Shown in pieces: positions 27,649 to 42,249 of a stretch of DNA of 64,000 nucleotides. This stretch comes from Vicugna vicugna (taxonomy: Eukaryota): assembly GCA_013265495.1 (NCBI GenBank), contig MU058384.1, positions 5,390,792 to 5,454,791 of the forward strand, written 5' to 3'. Numbering within the stretch: position 1 is the first letter of the stretch; each line of letters starts with the position of its first letter. The position numbers were made by a program, and so were the translations under genes. The notes beneath the pieces were generated by a model that was not told the origin of the DNA, did not search any database, and saw nothing but the letters and a program-made list of their open reading frames with translations.

Positions 27649-29419
27649 TCCATCTAAAAGAACAGAACAGTTACATGTCTCACCAGGATGACTCCTGGGA
27701 CGGCCTGTAGTGTTGGGTAGAATATTCACTCAATATTGCACACGGATTTGAAAATATAGGGGAAGTAGGGTAGCAGCAAAAGAAAATAGGGCTGGGTGGG
27801 TGGACTTTGCAAACCATCAAAGCCAACAGCCACTTTGTAGTAAATGCCTGTGACCCAGTAACAGTTCAAATTCCTTTTATCTCAGAAAATGTCTTGGTCT
27901 ATATTTGCTTGGCTACACAAAGATTGACAGACACTTTATTAACATGGAGCATGTATAAGCCTACCTATTTGAATTGGTGAGGATTACACCTGTTGAGCAT
28001 TGAAGTACTAAATGAGTAGACCCAGACTAATAGTTCCTTTCTTATACACACATACACACACACGCACATAAGAAAAAATATACATATATTTTCTTCGAAG
28101 CTGCTAATGGGTTAAAGGCATGTCGTCTCCTTTCCTTGGAAACTACCCATAGTACCTGAGATAATGTCATGTCTTCAGGGATGGTTCAGGGAACACTGGT
28201 CCCCAAGAGATGATTACACTATTTCTACCCCTATAAGAACATGGACAGAAGAAACAATTTTCTTTTATTTATTTCAAATTAAGAGATTATGTGTTTGTTT
28301 CTGTTCCCATTTTTTTTTAATAAAATACATTATTTATGGTTCTCATATCAGGAGCCCCTTTTTTCATTTTCAGCTTTTAATTCTTCTGGTCATTCCCTCA
28401 AATTATAAAAGTAATGAAAATTGCTATGAATATGTCTGTGGAAAACAAGATAAAAAGTCTTGTGCAGCTGTACTTTCACACACATGGTACTTGTGTTTTC
28501 TTCTTTAGTGCTTCTAAAAATTTGCCACCAAACTAGCTCCAAATGGCAGAAGGTCATGAACACAAATCCAGAAATCCTGTCTCCAGCTAGGACTTGAAGC
28601 AAGCTGCTGAAACTCAACATTTCTTGGATGTCTCCTGTGTTAACTTTTTGACTTATAATAGGTAGTTGCATTTGACTTAATATAATTTCCTCCAAGTCTT
28701 TACCCAAATGTGGATAATCCCAAGAGCTGTATCTTGTACTTCCTGTGAGCTGGCTACAGATTAACGTTGGTGTGTACACTCTGCTTTAAGTATTAGCCAA
28801 GAATATCAGAAGATGAACTCTTTTGGTATGTTTTCAAAAATAAGCTACTTCACGTATGATTTAAAGCATTGCTTACATATTCCCAAATATGTAATATGTA
28901 AGCTGTTAAATACACAAATAGAATTATCAAGTTTATGGCACCCTGTAGTGAAAGCTTATGACCAATTTTTGTTAAGAAATAGGTGATGATTTGGTTTTGT
29001 AATCTTTGCCTACAAGTTTATTAGAAATAATAATAATAAGTTTTTAAAATGTAGCAGTCTTTGTTTTCCCCTTTGACATGAAAGAAATGGCTAGCAACAT
29101 TTCATAGGCCTCAACTGGCAGTCTGGTAAAGTCACCTCTGGCAAGATCTAACAGCATTTTGTGTATCTTTCAAAGGCCACCTGTGACCTTTGCTAAGTAA
29201 GCTGGAAGTAATAAATGGATCTGTTAACTACAAATTTTTCTCATTGACTACTCAGAATTCTTAGCCTTTTCTGGAGTCAGGAGATCCATCTCCAGGAAGA
29301 TGCTCTCTTCACTTTGTCAGAATGCAAATCCAACTTGCTTTCTGGGGGCCCATGACCCAAACCTTCCTTTTTCTAGGACTAACGCCAGAAATAATAATTT
29401 TTAAATCATCATAAAGGCA

Positions 29420-29580
29420 GCACTATGAGTGGCTAAGGGCAGGCTCTGTGATCTGTGCACATCACTTCACCTCCTGTGCTCAGTTTCCTCATCTATAAAA
29501 TGGGAACAATACTACTTACAATATTGGGTTGCAAGAATGATTAAATTAGTAAATACACATAAAGCACTGTGAATGTCACA
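29420..29580 (+). mobile_element. MIR
   Basis: CTCAGTTTCCTCATCTATAAAATGGG core. Confidence 0.75.
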
Positions 29581-30919
29581 GACCATGGGACAAAATTTAC
29601 ATACATAAGTGAAGTTGATCATATATTAAGATTTGTTTTACTAAAGGAGCAGTAACAATTCAAAGTTAATTTTAGAGGACTCAGAGGGTGGAGCTCAGAC
29701 CTTGCTTCAAAAATTGACCTGTTGTCCACCACTCCCACCCCCATCAAACTGTGACAACAGTTCGTGGTCTGCTATCTCCCCTAACCCTCTGTCCCAAAAG
29801 ATAAGCCATGAAGCCATTGGAAAGAGGCCATCCATCATGACATCACTTGGTATAATTGTTCTTCAGAGACTCGGTTGTTGGTGCAAGGTGGAAGTATGCT
29901 GGGCAGGGCTGTCAGGAAACACAGCTGAACAGCCTTTGTCTTTCTGGCGCTGTCTTGTCTCTGCAGAGTATTGTTCCAGGGCATACATTCTTTTGTTTGT
30001 TCCCACATTTGGACCGGCAAACTTTAACCTTTCAAAAAGACAATGCTGAAGATGCTTATTGACATTGACCTCAGAGACCACCTCTCAATGGAACCACTGG
30101 CAATTAATTTTTTTTTCCATCACCTTGGTCCCTTATTATCTACTGGTGATAAACTCTATGAGGATATTTTTTCATTGTGTTGATAGCTTAGCAACCAGAG
30201 TTTGGGAAGCCATGTTTACATTGTTTAGCGTAAGTCCAGTGTTCAGCTGAACCTCTTCCCATTGCAGCACTGAGATAATACTTCAGAATGAAAAGGGCCT
30301 CATTGTGGCTGTAGGAACGTACAACAGAAATAGGTTTTCATAAACAAGAGCAAAACATAGGTATTGTGTATGTAAAAGAACAATGAGAACAAAGCTCTCT
30401 TGATGGTGTTTACCCACTTGAACCTCTAAAGAGTGAGAAGAATCAGGAACATTCAGAGTTCAAAGAGCCTACTGAGTACAGACTGGGATTCCTGTCTGAG
30501 TGGGAGGTCAACATGGTGACTGTCTCTGTCCACTGGCTGACTGACTACCTGCCCGAGGTCTGGAAACTATAAGCCTAGTGAGGTCTTCTCTTTGAGTACA
30601 TAAAGCACTTGCTGTGTTCCCATTGAGCCCAGACAAGTAGAGATGTAACAGAGAATTTACAAAATGGTGGCTGAATGACCCACTACTGAGAAATGAGATG
30701 AACGTGTAGTCTTGATGGCAGAGGATCAATGGTTATTAACATTATCAAACACACAAATTCATATGGAGCTGCTTGAAGTGTTAGATTTCTAATGTCAAAA
30801 GTTGAAATACACGGGGGGAAATGAGAAATAAAGAGCTTCTGAAATCTGCATATTAGAACTTCAGGAAAGGGGAGGCAGGTATTACAAGAGAGTGTTGAAA
30901 CCAATATGAGCAACGACTA

Positions 30920-31120
30920 AAACTATGGACTTCATTTCCAGACAGACCAGGGTTCAGATCCTGGCTCTGCTACTTAACGTGTTAGACTTTTCTAGCTTCT
31001 TCCAGTCTTGATGCTCGCCTGTATAAAATGAAAAATGTTGTAAGGCTGTTGTAATATTTAAAAAAAATACACACAAGTTTCCTGCATGATGGATTTTGAA
31101 TACATGATGGTTATTATTTA
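30920..31120 (+). mobile_element. MIR
   Basis: CAGACAGACCAGGGTTCAGATCCTGGCTCTGCTACTTA. Confidence 0.65.
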
Positions 31121-32329
31121 GCTGTTAATTGAAGAGGAGGAAAGAATAATATACTTTGTGATTGGATTTAGTAGCTGTCCATATATGTTACATTTGGTAC
31201 AACTCTCCTGAATCAATTGGTTAAGTAAGCATTTCTACAACTTCTACTATATGCCACATTCTTCGTACGTATTGTAGCAGAGACAGGAAGAAGCAACAAC
31301 AGGCAAAGTTAAAACTTGGCCTGTGTTCTAAGGAAGCTGAATCTGATTTATTTTCAAAGTTACAGTTCTTAACATGTAGTGGGATAGGTAAATTAATGAA
31401 TATTTGTGGAATAAGCAAATGAGCCAATTAATTTATAATTTAAGATATAGTTTCTGTTCTGAAAGCAGCATACGGTTCAGGAGAAAGAGATACATGTATA
31501 CAAGTAACACTAGGGAGAAAGACAGGGAAGGGCATTGGACCCCATCTCCAATACTCCAACCAAAATGTTGTTTTAAAAGCCTAACCAGTGGAGTTAGATG
31601 CTGCGATGATGCTTGAGAATCTTTAAGGGAGGGCCTGCTAAAATATCAAGTCAACATACCCTGATTGACGCCTGTTACATCCAAAGCTCAGTGCTTGCTG
31701 GGCAAAGAAACACAGACGTGAATAATGCTTACCTGGGGCTCTGGAGGAACTCACAGTGTACTGGAGCTGACACTGCTGAAGTATTTATACTGTTACGTTG
31801 AGTTAGACCTAAGCTTTACTGGGGAGAGAGCTTGTTTTGTGTATTGCCAGATGTAAACAAAATCATGTACCAAAATACGCTTAATGAGTGTGGTTAATAA
31901 AAACTAATTTTAGGAATGTCCCATATCAGGATAATACCCAGATAAATATATACTAATGAAATTATGTTTAATAACTTTGAAATTACATCTTTCCACATGA
32001 ACTCTACCTGTTCAAGCTTAAATAAAATGACACTTCCAATCTTTTCCCCCTAAAATTTCTCTTCTTATTTGTTAGTTACTAACAAAACCCATTCACAATA
32101 ATTCAGAACTTATTCACCTACCATTTTCCTTATGTCTATTTTGTTGGGTTCCAGCACCTTCAGCACAAGTTTATAATAAAAAGAAGCAGAAGAGAAACTC
32201 TAATCAGTGATTTTTCATCTCTATTGCTGTTATCCTGAGAGTTTATACACAGAATAGAAAAGTGAAATTATTAATTAATTTGGTTGTATTTTGAATAATC
32301 AAGAGTCTAAACTTCCTTGGCCATTTGGA

Positions 32330-32730
32330 GATTTATCTCACCTTCAACAGTGATCACAAACCTAAGCCAATCCATGCATCTCAACCTCCCTGAATTCAGT
32401 TTGTACTTCAGAGATCGGCGTATAACCCAGTTAAGGCCAATGAGACGTTTCTAAATGTTCTGGGAAAGATGCCCTAGAACTTCTTTACTGAATGTGGATC
32501 TAAGAGGATGAAGCAAAAGATTCCACAGCTGCTATGTTGTAGCTTAGCTGAGACTACAGTTACAGAACTGAAGGTAGAATTGAGGTTTCCATGGTATAAT
32601 TTCACGCTGGAATACAGACATGCTGAAGCCATCCCCTGATTCTAAAAATCCCAGTCATAATAACAGTATCTTTTCTCCAAAGCCATTTTAGCTTGGATTT
32701 TGTGTCACTTTCAAAGAAGGGTCTGCACAT
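32330..32730 (+). mobile_element. Old MLT1-type LTR
   Basis: ACCCAGTTAAGGCCAATGAGA and AGCCATTTTAGCTTGGATTTTGTGTCACTT motifs. Confidence 0.5.
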
Positions 32731-33019
32731 ATCCTGATTTTCCAGAACAATTCTAATTTAGATAACTTTCTTCTTTTTAATTAAGGCAATTACTTAACTG
32801 TTAGTTAACCATAAATTGACATGCCTTGATTTTAATACTACTGTGTGAATTTTCATATAAAGTACTTTGCAACAGAGCCCCCTGCCTTTTTGAATAATTT
32901 TGCTCTCTTTTAGGTACAGAATATATTATTTCTTTAACTGTGGATATCGAGGATGATTCTTATATTCTTTTTATTTTCCATAAGTTAGAATTATTGAAGA
33001 CAGTCAAGAAAAACAAAAC

Positions 33020-33720
33020 ACCAGACAGGAACTCCCTGAATGTCTCCCTGCCAACCAACCCACCCAGTCACATCATTAGGCATCTCGTCTGTTTTTCCTG
33101 TTGAGAAGAGGTACAACCCTTATATGAAAGGCAGTTCCTTTACCTGTGCTTTGATTCTCATCCTTTCTTTCCTTCAACAAAAAGTTACAGAATCAACTTT
33201 CCCTTTTCCTTGGTCTGTTTCTCTCAACTTTGTCCAGGCTTTCCCCTCTTAAAAAAAAAGACAGTAACCCCCACTAGAGCCATATCTACACCATAAATGA
33301 ATAAATGAGTGGAATAAGCGGATGAAGAAACCTCTCCCTAAGCGCCACTTACCCTCATCATCCTGCTTTTCTTTCAAACGTCTCAAAAGAATTAGCTCCA
33401 TGTCTTAATTTTTTTTTACACTATCCACTCCAAGGTGACTTTCACCCTCTTCCTTCCACTAAACTCCTCTTGTCCAAGTTATTAAAGACCTCACTGTTGA
33501 GAAATGCTGTGGTCATGTTTTAGTTCAAGTCTTCCTTGTCTTGCAGCAGCATTCACTTTTGGATACCCATTCCTTCTGAAATACCCAACGCCCTTAATTT
33601 CCACTACATCACATGTACTTGAGTCTTTTCTAACATATCTGATCACTTCATTTTCCTTTTGCAGGCAAATCTTTCTCTACACAGACATCAAATGTCAGAA
33701 TTCCTCCAAGTCCAAGCCTA
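33020..33720 (+). mobile_element. LINE-2 remnant
   Basis: CCACTAAACTCCTCTTGTCCAAGTTATTAAAGACCTC...GCAGCAGCATTCAC resembles the L2 RT region. Confidence 0.55.
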
Positions 33721-36700
33721 CCGTTAAAATATAGCCTTGCCCAAGGCCATTGCATAAATTTGCTCTTCCAGTTTGAATACAGAAATAATTTGTTATTTCA
33801 GGGAGTAATATGATGATAGTTATTGAAAAAAAAAAGAAATATTTTGAGTTCCCAAGATAAATTCGTTTTCCGAAGAGCTTTAAGTACTTTCCAGATATTT
33901 CTGCCTTGCCTGATTTACCTAGGGGAGAAAAAGCTGATGGAGTTTGTGCAGGGTCAAGGAATAAATTAGGAAAGGAAGAAGAAACAAAACAGGCAAGGAA
34001 GAGAGGAGAGAATTCAGGGAGGAGAAGTGATGAGAATGAGAGTGAGAAAAGTTTTCTGGTAAATGTCCAAAGTTTAAAACCTTTGACTGAGTCTGACAAA
34101 ACAGATCCAAATGAATGGCCTCTTCCTTTCTCTCAATTTTTGACTAGATAGTGGGTGTGCTAAGGATCTGAGAATGGTCATATTCTAAAAGGTTCCTGAC
34201 AGCGAAGCTTCTGGTGGATGTGTAAATAGCAACAATCAGATGGTCTCTCTTCAGTGTCTCCCACAAATGCCATTTGTACAGGTCAATGCAGAAAGCCTCA
34301 ATGCTTGAATGAAATGGGAAAAAAAAAGAATGGTTTCAATCCCTTAATGTATTCCTAGTAGATCACTATCATTATCCACAATCAGTTCTATATATAATTA
34401 GAGGGTTTATTTTTGCATTACAAAAACTATCCCTAATTATGTGTTATTTGCAAATTGCTGCAGATCTACATTCATCTTTATGATGAAATAAGGGTCTTGC
34501 TCCTCACTGTGTTAATATTTCTACATTCATTTTTCTTCTACCCCAAATCTCCTGATTTAGTGACAGGTCACATTCGAAATGTTTTTTAAAAGTATTCACC
34601 TATCTTTCCAGCATCTATACGTGTTCTGTGTCAAAACACCCATTCATCACTTGTCTGTCGTCTGGCAGAAGCAGATGGAGATAAGTCATGATGGACAAAA
34701 GCAGACACTGGAACAGGTTTCTATACAAATGCTGTGTTTGTGATCTTGAGGTTCTGACATAGATGCTTACTATAAGTATTTTCTTGTTTCTTTGTTTAAA
34801 AATGTCCGGCAATGTTATAATAAGGGATATCCTTTCAGGGTGGACCTCCTTACTAGGGAAAAGAGATTCTTTTACACTAAACAAATGGGTCAAGGCTATT
34901 CCCTGACTGATAGAGACAGGATAATAACAAGAAGTTGATTATTTCTTCAAACTTTTAACACACCTATGTATTCATGAACCCAGAAGCCAAAAGAAATTTT
35001 TTTCAAACAGAAAGAGTTTAGAAAGCTAAGGGTTAATGCAATTAAAGCAAATGATTTCGTAGTCTTCAAATTTTATTTCCATGATTGACTAAGTTATTAC
35101 TGGAAAATTGATCTAGAGGCTAAATAGAAGTCCCTTATTTTGTGTCTCCTAACGTGTCAATCAACAAAATCTTGCCACCACTACCTGCTGCTCACTAACA
35201 ATGAGAGGAAATTCAGAGGGTTAAAAATGTACCCTTATGATCATACAAGGATTGTGGACACCAAGAATTAGTAAGTTTGAAACATTTGAAAATACTAAGA
35301 TTAACTATTTTCATTTTGAACCTTGAGGTCAAGTTAAGACATTGAGGGTGAGTTGTGCAAAAGAGACCAGAATTTAAATGCCCATTCTGATGCTTATTTT
35401 CATTAGAAGTAGATAACACAACAGCAATAAAATCAGTTCTTCATGTTGGTATTCATTAAATATTTACCTGTGAAATACATTCATTTAAAAACTCTTAATG
35501 TAAATTATACTGCCTCTGGGTTATTTCTTCCATTTTCAGCAATGTGAAAAGCCCAGTGTAGTTGAAAATATCATGAAGGAACCTCACAGTACACCATTAA
35601 ATGATGATTTAGTCAAGTAGTCTTTCAGGATACCTGAGGATACTTATGTTTTCATCATCAATATTATTACCAAAAATACTTAATAAGAGCTCCTCTGCAT
35701 TTATATTCTCTGTGTTAGGAAATCTAGTACTCTAAATTTAAAGAACCCAGCCTGGGCTCAAATCCTTTACCTTCATCTGCCACTTACATTTGATACTCCC
35801 CAGGATTCAGCATTTGACCCATATCCATGACACCTTCTTAAGCAGTCTCATTCCCTTCACCACTATTAATTGTTCTCAACAAGCATTACAGTAACATTAG
35901 GGCTGGAATAGCCTAATGGTTAAGAACACACACTCTATGAACTTAGGCTCCCCAAGTTCACATCTCATCGCTGACTCTCACAAATCTCTTTGACAAACAG
36001 GTTACCACAAATTGAGAGTTGTCCCCCTCATGATGTCACTCCCATTCACAATCTGAGCTGCTTTATGGTAGGAGAGAGAGTGGTGGTGGGCAAGGCGAGA
36101 GCTGCTGGGGGTTTGGTGCAGCCAGTGGAGCCCTGTCACAGTGGCTCGGAGAGGATTTCACTCAATAGTTGTGAAAGTCGTACATTGTGCCCTTACTTTC
36201 CCACAATTTTACTTTGGTGGGAGGGGGGTGTAGGCAAAAGTTTAATTTTCACATGAACTAGATGACCTAAAAAATAAAAGCACTTAAAAATATTGATGGC
36301 TTAACGTTATGAACACTTTTAAGAGAGATGTGTCCCTTTACTTGGAGATATACATCAGGAAATGGTAGGGACTTTGAAGTTTCAGATGTCAATTCCAATC
36401 CCAACTCTACCACACATAAGTTGTTTCCTTGTAAAAGTAACTTCATCTTTCTGAAATTTAGTCTTTCCATAGCATAATAGACTGACGACAGCCACCTCAC
36501 AGGTCTGTGGTGATGTATAAAAGAGCTGATATCTGTAAGTTTCCTAGACTCTGCCGACGTGGGCTCTGATGAACACAGAAGGGGTGACACATGATAGGAT
36601 TTATTTTCATCTGGTGTATACGTAACAGGGCACAGGAAGAGGAAACAATAAAAGCAGAACACACACAGAACTAGGTGGAAAAGAGAATGTCCCCAATGGA

Positions 36701-37875
36701 TGGGGACAGCCAGGTGGGGAAGGTGCAGTTCTCAGGCACAGCCACCGCTGGTACTACCAAGCCAGACGTTCCTGAGCGAGGGAGCAGGGGTCACAGCGCA
36801 GTCATGGCCTCGGGGAGCCCAGCCACAAGGACAGTGTAAGAGCAGAGCCGGGTCTCGGGGAGGGTGAGGACTTGCTGGGAATTTGAGAGAGTAACTCTAA
36901 ATGAGCCTAGCCCATAGCTAGGTGCCTACAGGGTGGGAGACCTTCTGCGAAGGAGCTTAGTGGTCAGCAGTGTCCTGGTCAAGGTCAATGTGGCAGATAG
37001 GGGAACTAAGTTTGCAAATAAGAGCCAAAATTCACTCCCCAGATCTAAGGGAGACATTTACTAGTAAGATCCTTGAGCACAGGTGGAACTGAAGACTCTC
37101 TTAGGAGTCTGGGAAGGCAAAGAAGTAAAGGGGTGAAGCAAGGGTCAGCTGGGAGCTGATGTGCATATATTCTGGTGTGTATCAGTTTGCTGAGTTATTT
37201 ACCCTTAATTTAGCTGTTACTAAACTCAGACTCCTCCATCTCTGGTGGAGTTAGTTTTCCTAACTCACCTTTTTGCTGTTCTTCCGGAATCTTTTGGAGA
37301 TTGGTAGGTGAAAATGCCAGTCATCTCTGCAGACTCCATCCCTACAGAATGCCCATATAGGTTACTATACCCACTACAAAGTGGTGTCCAAAATTTTCCG
37401 GTGGATAAATATCAGACTGGAAGAGCAGTTAAATACCGTCTTGTCCACCAATTGGATACTTCTGTTTGCCATGAGCCAACAGAGGGACAATATACAAAAA
37501 AGACACAAGGGGAGCTGCTTTGGGTGAAGAAAGATTTTGTTGGGTGTGGGAGCTGAGAATCCGGAGCTCTACCAGACTACTTCTCTCCCCCACCAGCACC
37601 CATTCCCTGCTCAGAGAGCAGAGTTTGAAAAATGCCTATCTAGTAGCTCCTAATTTCTTATCCTCTCCTTTAAAATCCATGTCATATAGCAGCTCATATG
37701 CAGGGGCAAAAAACCCCTCACTCTCTTATGTAGCACAGTCTATCTTTGGCCAGTTCTCCTCTGTTTTTTGTGCCATCAAGTTTTGTCTTTCTGAAATGTC
37801 CACACATCAGCACCCCGTGGTACCACATTAAGAAGTTTTATCCTCAGATTCTGCGGTTTAACCAAAGGATCTTGA

Positions 37876-38017
37876 GGGGAGGGTATAGCTCAGTGGTAGA
37901 GCACATGCTTAGCATGCATGTGGTCCTGGGTTCAATCTCCAATATCTCCATTAAAATAAATACATAAATACATAAATCTAATTACTTCCACTCCCCCCCC
38001 CAAATTTTTTTTTAAGA
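37876..38017 (+). mobile_element. tRNA-derived SINE, Vic-1-like (camelid)
   Basis: GGGGAGGGTATAGCTCAGTGGTAGAG (A box) ... GGTTCAATCTCC (B box), then an AT-rich tail and a C-run. Diverged TSD CAAAGGATCT/CAAAGGACCT. Confidence 0.85.
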
Positions 38018-40390
38018 AGTCAAAGGACCTCACAGAACACCTATCTTACATCTTTGGGATGTATCTATGCTTCCTTCCTTGCTGCAAACAGTATCATGCC
38101 AAAAACAGAAAAAAGAATAATATTTTCAAAATAGGGAAGGTCTACCGGGAAGCAGCCTCAACAGGATCTGGGAAATAAAATCATACAAATTAACCACGTA
38201 TTTACATAAACAAAAGCACAGTCACTAGGATGAAATATCTCATTCATGCTGGAATGTCAAAATAAAAACACCAGCAATTGCCTTAGTAATAAAGTCTTCT
38301 TGATTAAAGGGGAAAAAAGCAAAGCAAATTCAGTTCACGAAAGTATCTTGAAGGCACATTTAAACAAAAGAAGTAATGCATTGCTGACCTACTGAATAGT
38401 GTAAACAGCAGGCATCATTTTGACTTACCATTCTGAGATAATATGCATTATTGAACCTCAAAAATAAGGTAACTATTGAGGTGAACAGTGAATTGTCCTT
38501 TGCATATCATGACTTCTATGTAGCCCAGCTTCTATACTTAGAATCTGTCAATATTTAACTTATGATTGAAAGCAACTCTATCAAGTTGGCATTAGGCTAT
38601 AGTGAGTTGCATTGTCATAAGCAAGAGAACTTTCTGTTTGGTAGCTGATAATTTCATTAAGTACCACTGAGTGAATGCAGCCACCCAAAAGGTTAATACG
38701 ATTTTAAACTGTAGATAGAAAGGCAGCTCTGGACAGCAAAGTCTAGGTTTGATGTTTAAGACTAAGGGTGGGAATCTCAATCTGCCTCACACAGCTGGGA
38801 TATCTTGAAACGGTGTGTATTCTCAGGTGAGTGGACAGAATGGAAACTACATCATACAAGGAATAAAAATGTGGGAATATCCAATTTGAAGAAGAGATGA
38901 CTCGAGAGATTTGACAGTCATGCTCACGATCTAGAAGGCTGCCATAGAAACAGCAGAACCACAGACCTGCCTCCACGTTTAGAAATGTTCAGAAATAAAA
39001 CAGGCAATTACAGAAGAATTCAAATTCCTGTACTGGGGGTGTTCAGCCAAAAGCCTGGGAGGTCATTTGATGGAGATGTTTTAGTTAAGTGTTTTTCAAA
39101 TGTGTTTAAGATCTATTTGAGAGTCATATAATGAAACCAACTTAGTGGGTCATTATAGTTTGTTTTTTTTTAAAAGAGAATAAAATAGGAGATATTCACA
39201 TTCTGGCTTGCAGGAAAGGTGCATATACTATGTAATTTTTCATGAAACTTTTGTTACATACACACACGAGTTTTGTTCTAGATCTCAGTACAAAATGAAT
39301 TTCTTCTCACGAATTGCAGTCCATAAAAGGGTTAAAGTCACTGTTCTAGTTATCACCACAATTCCCAGAGGAAAATCAGAAGTCAGACACACCCGAACTA
39401 GCATGTCAGTCACAAAACTTTCATTTAACCTCTTTGTGGTTAGGTTCCCCATTTGAAAAGTGGAGAATATAATGATAGTCACCTCTGGAATTTACTTGTA
39501 TGTTTTACATTTTTAAAAAATATATCGAAATGCTTAATGCTTTTTAGAGATTGTCATCATTTCTGTCTTAACTCTTTTAAAATTACTTTTTAAAGAAAAT
39601 CAGAGGTTTTTGTGATTTTTTTAAAAAAATCTCATTCCTTGTTTTCTTCTGTCATGTCCAGAAACAGGTGGCCCTGATAAGATAAATCAATAGGACAACA
39701 TCCCTGGGAACAGGTTGTGGGGGTGGGGAAGGGGAACGGAGCATGCGCCCCACTCCTTGATACAATAACGTGATTCATTCGCAGACACCCAGATGTAGCT
39801 CTGTTGAATTCTGCAGTGATTTTGGAGGCAGAGGGAACTCTTCCATTTTTTTTTTCAATGGCTCTTTTGCAACTGTTAACTTTGGCTGTTGGTGTCTCCC
39901 CAGCTGGGACATTCATGTTATCAGAGAACTGAACATCTCGGCCCCTCGTGTATAAGCCCCATTGTGTGAGGAAGGCCGCTGTGCTGGGTGCTGTGTCAGT
40001 GGTGTTTATTGCTGTTTGGGTAACAGGAAGAAACCTAGTACTTTTGTGCTGTTCAAACACTCATCCTATTCATGGCCACTGTTTATGCCAGAGGAAAATG
40101 TTCTCACAGAGAGACCAATAATTTAGAAAATATTTGAACGGGAGGTTGAATAGTTTCTATTGGTGTCTTTATTAGTAATCTCAATTTCTGAATACAATGG
40201 AACTCTGTTATAAAGTGTTCTCTACCACAGATTTGGTTTATTGCAAGCCAAATCTTGTTCCCCATGTACAGAGTAAAATCTCTATCATCACAAGATAAAA
40301 AGGCTATAATATGGATAATTCTCTTTCCCAGCTCCTGGGGTAATAGTATAAGCAGTAATAAAGTGTATACATACATACATACATATATAT

Positions 40391-40527
40391 ATGTATACAT
40401 ATGCAGTGCTCATTTTAGAAGATGAACAAACTAAACAAAATAAAGCATGAGATGTCACTGCAGATGTTTCAGGTGTGAAAGTGTTACTATTCATTATCAT
40501 TAAACATTGAAACATTTTCCAAATTAG

Positions 40528-40558
<31 letters not shown>

Positions 40559-40699
40559 TGTATGTATACATATGCAGTGCTCATTTTAGAAGATGAACAA
40601 ACTAAACAAAATAAAGCATGAGATGTCACTGCAGATGTTTCAGGTGTGAAAGTGTTACTATTCATTATCATTAAACATTGAAACATTTTCCAAATTAGA
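40391..40699 (+). repeat. Perfect 138-bp direct repeat separated by (TA)n
   Basis: 40391-40528 is identical to 40562-40699. Confidence 0.95.
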
Positions 40700-40756
40700 G
40701 TATTGAACTGGGGAGATGCAAGAGAGATTTAGACTCTGGGGAATATCTGGGGATTT

Positions 40757-41680
40757 GTGAGCAGCTGAGTGGTCTCTCCCACTTCTGACCAGAGTAAACC
40801 AGTACAACTGAGGAAGAGCCAAATCTTTGAAATGTGGTTTACAGCATATAGTGAGTCAAAAGTCCCCAAAATCAAGTGTGCAGAGTTGACAACTTTATCT
40901 GTCTATAAATTGATTCAAAGTCCATTTCTAGCCCCCTAGCTCCCAGGTTGAGCATGTGTTCCTGGAGGGCCTTCCCCAGACCAAGGCTTCAGGAGCACGA
41001 TGGCATCTGGTCCTCAGGTCATCTTCTTATGCAGGCATCCCCAGAAACAGCCTTAGTCCTGCTGGTCTTCTATCAGTGTTCCATGCAGATCCATGCTGAG
41101 TTGTCCCATGTCCCCGAATGCAAAGTCACATGGCATTCAGCTCTCTCTTCAATACTCCCAAGGCCCTCTAGGGGCAGAGGGATCTTGCAGATCCATGAGA
41201 AACAACCTGAGCCTGTCCAAGGTGAGCTGGCCTCAGTGTCATTCCCACATACAGAGGGCACCCTCTCATTCACGGATCACTTCAGGATGTGGAGGGACTA
41301 TGAGGCTCCTGAAGGCCTGAACTGCACCATGCTTTTCTCAGAGTCTGCTGCTCCACCCAGACTGGACCCAGGACGTCTTGTCTCCTGGATGTCTTCTCCT
41401 CCTATGCATACTCTAGAGATGTATCTTCTCCGATCTCGCTCCTTTCCTGGGGATACACCAAGGAAGAAAATCCACATACCTCTGTTCTCGGAAACCACAC
41501 AGCTCTCTGGGGTCTTGCTGTCACTCCTCCCAGGATCTGGTCTTTGGCTGGGAACACAGCACAGGACTCCTCTTTTTTAGGGATGCACAATGTCTTCATG
41601 GCTTTCTCCTCCTTCCCTCAACCAGAGGCCTTGCCCAGAATGCTGAGGATTGGGAAAGCTTTATCTTCATGCACTAAACA
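40757..41680 (-). mobile_element. Ancient LTR-like element (possibly MamGyp-type)
   Basis: GC-richer block; the minus strand has a poly(A)-signal-like ATAAAG near its 3' end and a ...CTCACA terminus. Family assignment is tentative. Confidence 0.35.
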
Positions 41681-42249
41681 TTCTTTCAGATATACCGTTT
41701 AATTTTTGAAACCCCAAAGCCAAAAATTGATGCATTTGCTCTCTGCTTTCTGCTTTATCATCAATTTCTAGAGAATCGTCTAACTGATTAAAAAGATCAG
41801 AGGGTACTGGAAATAGGGAGAAAAAATATATAGCTTTCTCTTTTAAACTTTTTTTGCCACAGTAATTTTGTTTATAGTGGTTTTATTGACTTTATAGTCA
41901 CTAGTTTTGAGGAGCCATAGGGTGCTCAGAGCTGTGAGAATGATGTGTGGATTGTACTGGCCTTGCTCTTTTTCTTTCAATAGAAGAATGCCTGGGCAAA
42001 GCATAGTGAGAAATGCTGATCATAAGCCCAGACAGTCATAAGACTTTAAAAATATCATCATCTTAGGTCAACAACCCAGCTGAGCTCAGTATTTCACTTT
42101 TAGCAGGGATACCCAGGACCATATTATAAGTACAATTTCTTTCCATGACCTTGAAGAATGAAGGCAACATCCTTAACTTTCTTCAAAATTTATCACTAAA
42201 TTCATTCATGAATTTATTGTTTCCTTTTAAAGTCTCTTTGGGCATCTTA

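Noticed and set aside
37269..37415. Possible minus-strand coding exon ending AAG/GTGAGT
   Set aside because: Stops occur in all frames from the best acceptor and the peptide is not recognisable.
37876..37950. tRNA gene
   Set aside because: It is the head of a tRNA-derived SINE with tail and TSD; a second copy lies at 25841-26010.
40948..41580. 210-aa plus-strand ORF
   Set aside because: TTG start, no recognisable domain or splice context; it sits in a GC-richer LTR-like block where long ORFs arise by chance.
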